DNA from: Tubulanus polymorphus
Taxonomy: Eukaryota > Animalia > Nemertea
Length of the DNA: 64,000 bases
Assembly: GCF_964204645.1 (NCBI RefSeq)
Contig: NC_134035.1
Location: forward strand, 13,486,451 to 13,550,450
Direction: 5' to 3'
The notes below the pieces were generated by a model that did not search any database, was not told the origin of the DNA, and saw only the letters and a program-made list of their open reading frames with translations. A program made the translations under genes and the position numbers. Of this stretch, positions 63,440 to 64,000 are shown one piece after another; positions within the stretch are counted from its first letter, which is position 1; every line of letters begins with the position of its first letter.

Positions 63440-64000
63440 AAGAGTCACAGGGAAAGTTAACAGTTCCAGAGGAACGTCGAGTCATTTGTCTGAACTGACT
63501 TTAAATCAGGTATGATATTGAAATTGTATAGATCAATTTTCAAAGTATCAAAATTGAAAATTATTCATATTTTGTGTTTTCTTGTAGCAAATATTGAGAG
63601 GTCACAGAACTGAGTGTCACTAGAGATGAGACCATCACCAGGCATCAGATGAATGTCACCACTCAGATCAGTAGTAATGATTCATCTCCGTCAAAGTCAG
63701 CAAAAGTCGCAAGGAAGGTTGACAGTTCCAGAGGAACGTCGAGTCATTAGTCTGAACTGACTATAAATCAGGTATCAAGGTACATAAAACATGGTTCTCT
63801 TGTTGTAGGAAAAGTCTCAAACATTATGCTGGTCTGTTAGACATACAATACCAGAGGAAGGATAAGTCATTGAACTGACTATAAATCAAAGTCTCAAAAT
63901 CTAAAATTATTCATATTTTATGTTTTCTTGTAGCAAATATTGAGAGGTTTAACCACAGAACTGAGTGTCACCATAGATGAGAATATCACTAGTGAGATCA
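63440..64000 (+). repeat. Degenerate tandem exon-intron-like module
   Basis: CAGTTCCAGAGGAACGTCGAGTCAT...AAATCAG|GTAT (63461, 63723) and TTTTCTTGTAG|CAAATATTGAGAGG (63577, 63923) each duplicated. Confidence 0.55.

Overview
Eukaryotic (invertebrate, probably lophotrochozoan) genomic DNA; no prokaryotic, CRISPR or rRNA content. The left half (1-31.5 kb) is gene-dense. It holds a multi-exon atypical soluble guanylate cyclase (Gyc88E-type, minus strand, 3' end runs off the window start). An intact single-exon rhodopsin-class GPCR and a truncated paralogous copy are nested on the same strand in one of its introns. A complete 8-exon LRRC72 (plus) and a complete 7-coding-exon calumenin (minus, HDEF C-terminus) follow. 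Introns carry many MITEs, VNTRs and small retro-insertions with minimal hammerhead-ribozyme motifs, two of them TSD-flanked. A palindrome with four outward-pointing CTCF-like motifs lies between the convergent LRRC72 and calumenin genes. The right half (31.5-64 kb) is repeat-dominated. It contains a putative orphan spliced gene (282 aa, Pro-rich and basic, compact TATA/CRE promoter) whose 6.6-kb intron holds a 1.5-kb foldback DNA transposon with an 8-bp TSD, then about 20 kb of adjacent satellite arrays with higher-order structure. All exon models were built by hand from GT-AG sites and reading-frame phase continuity; family names come from remembered motifs, not database searches.
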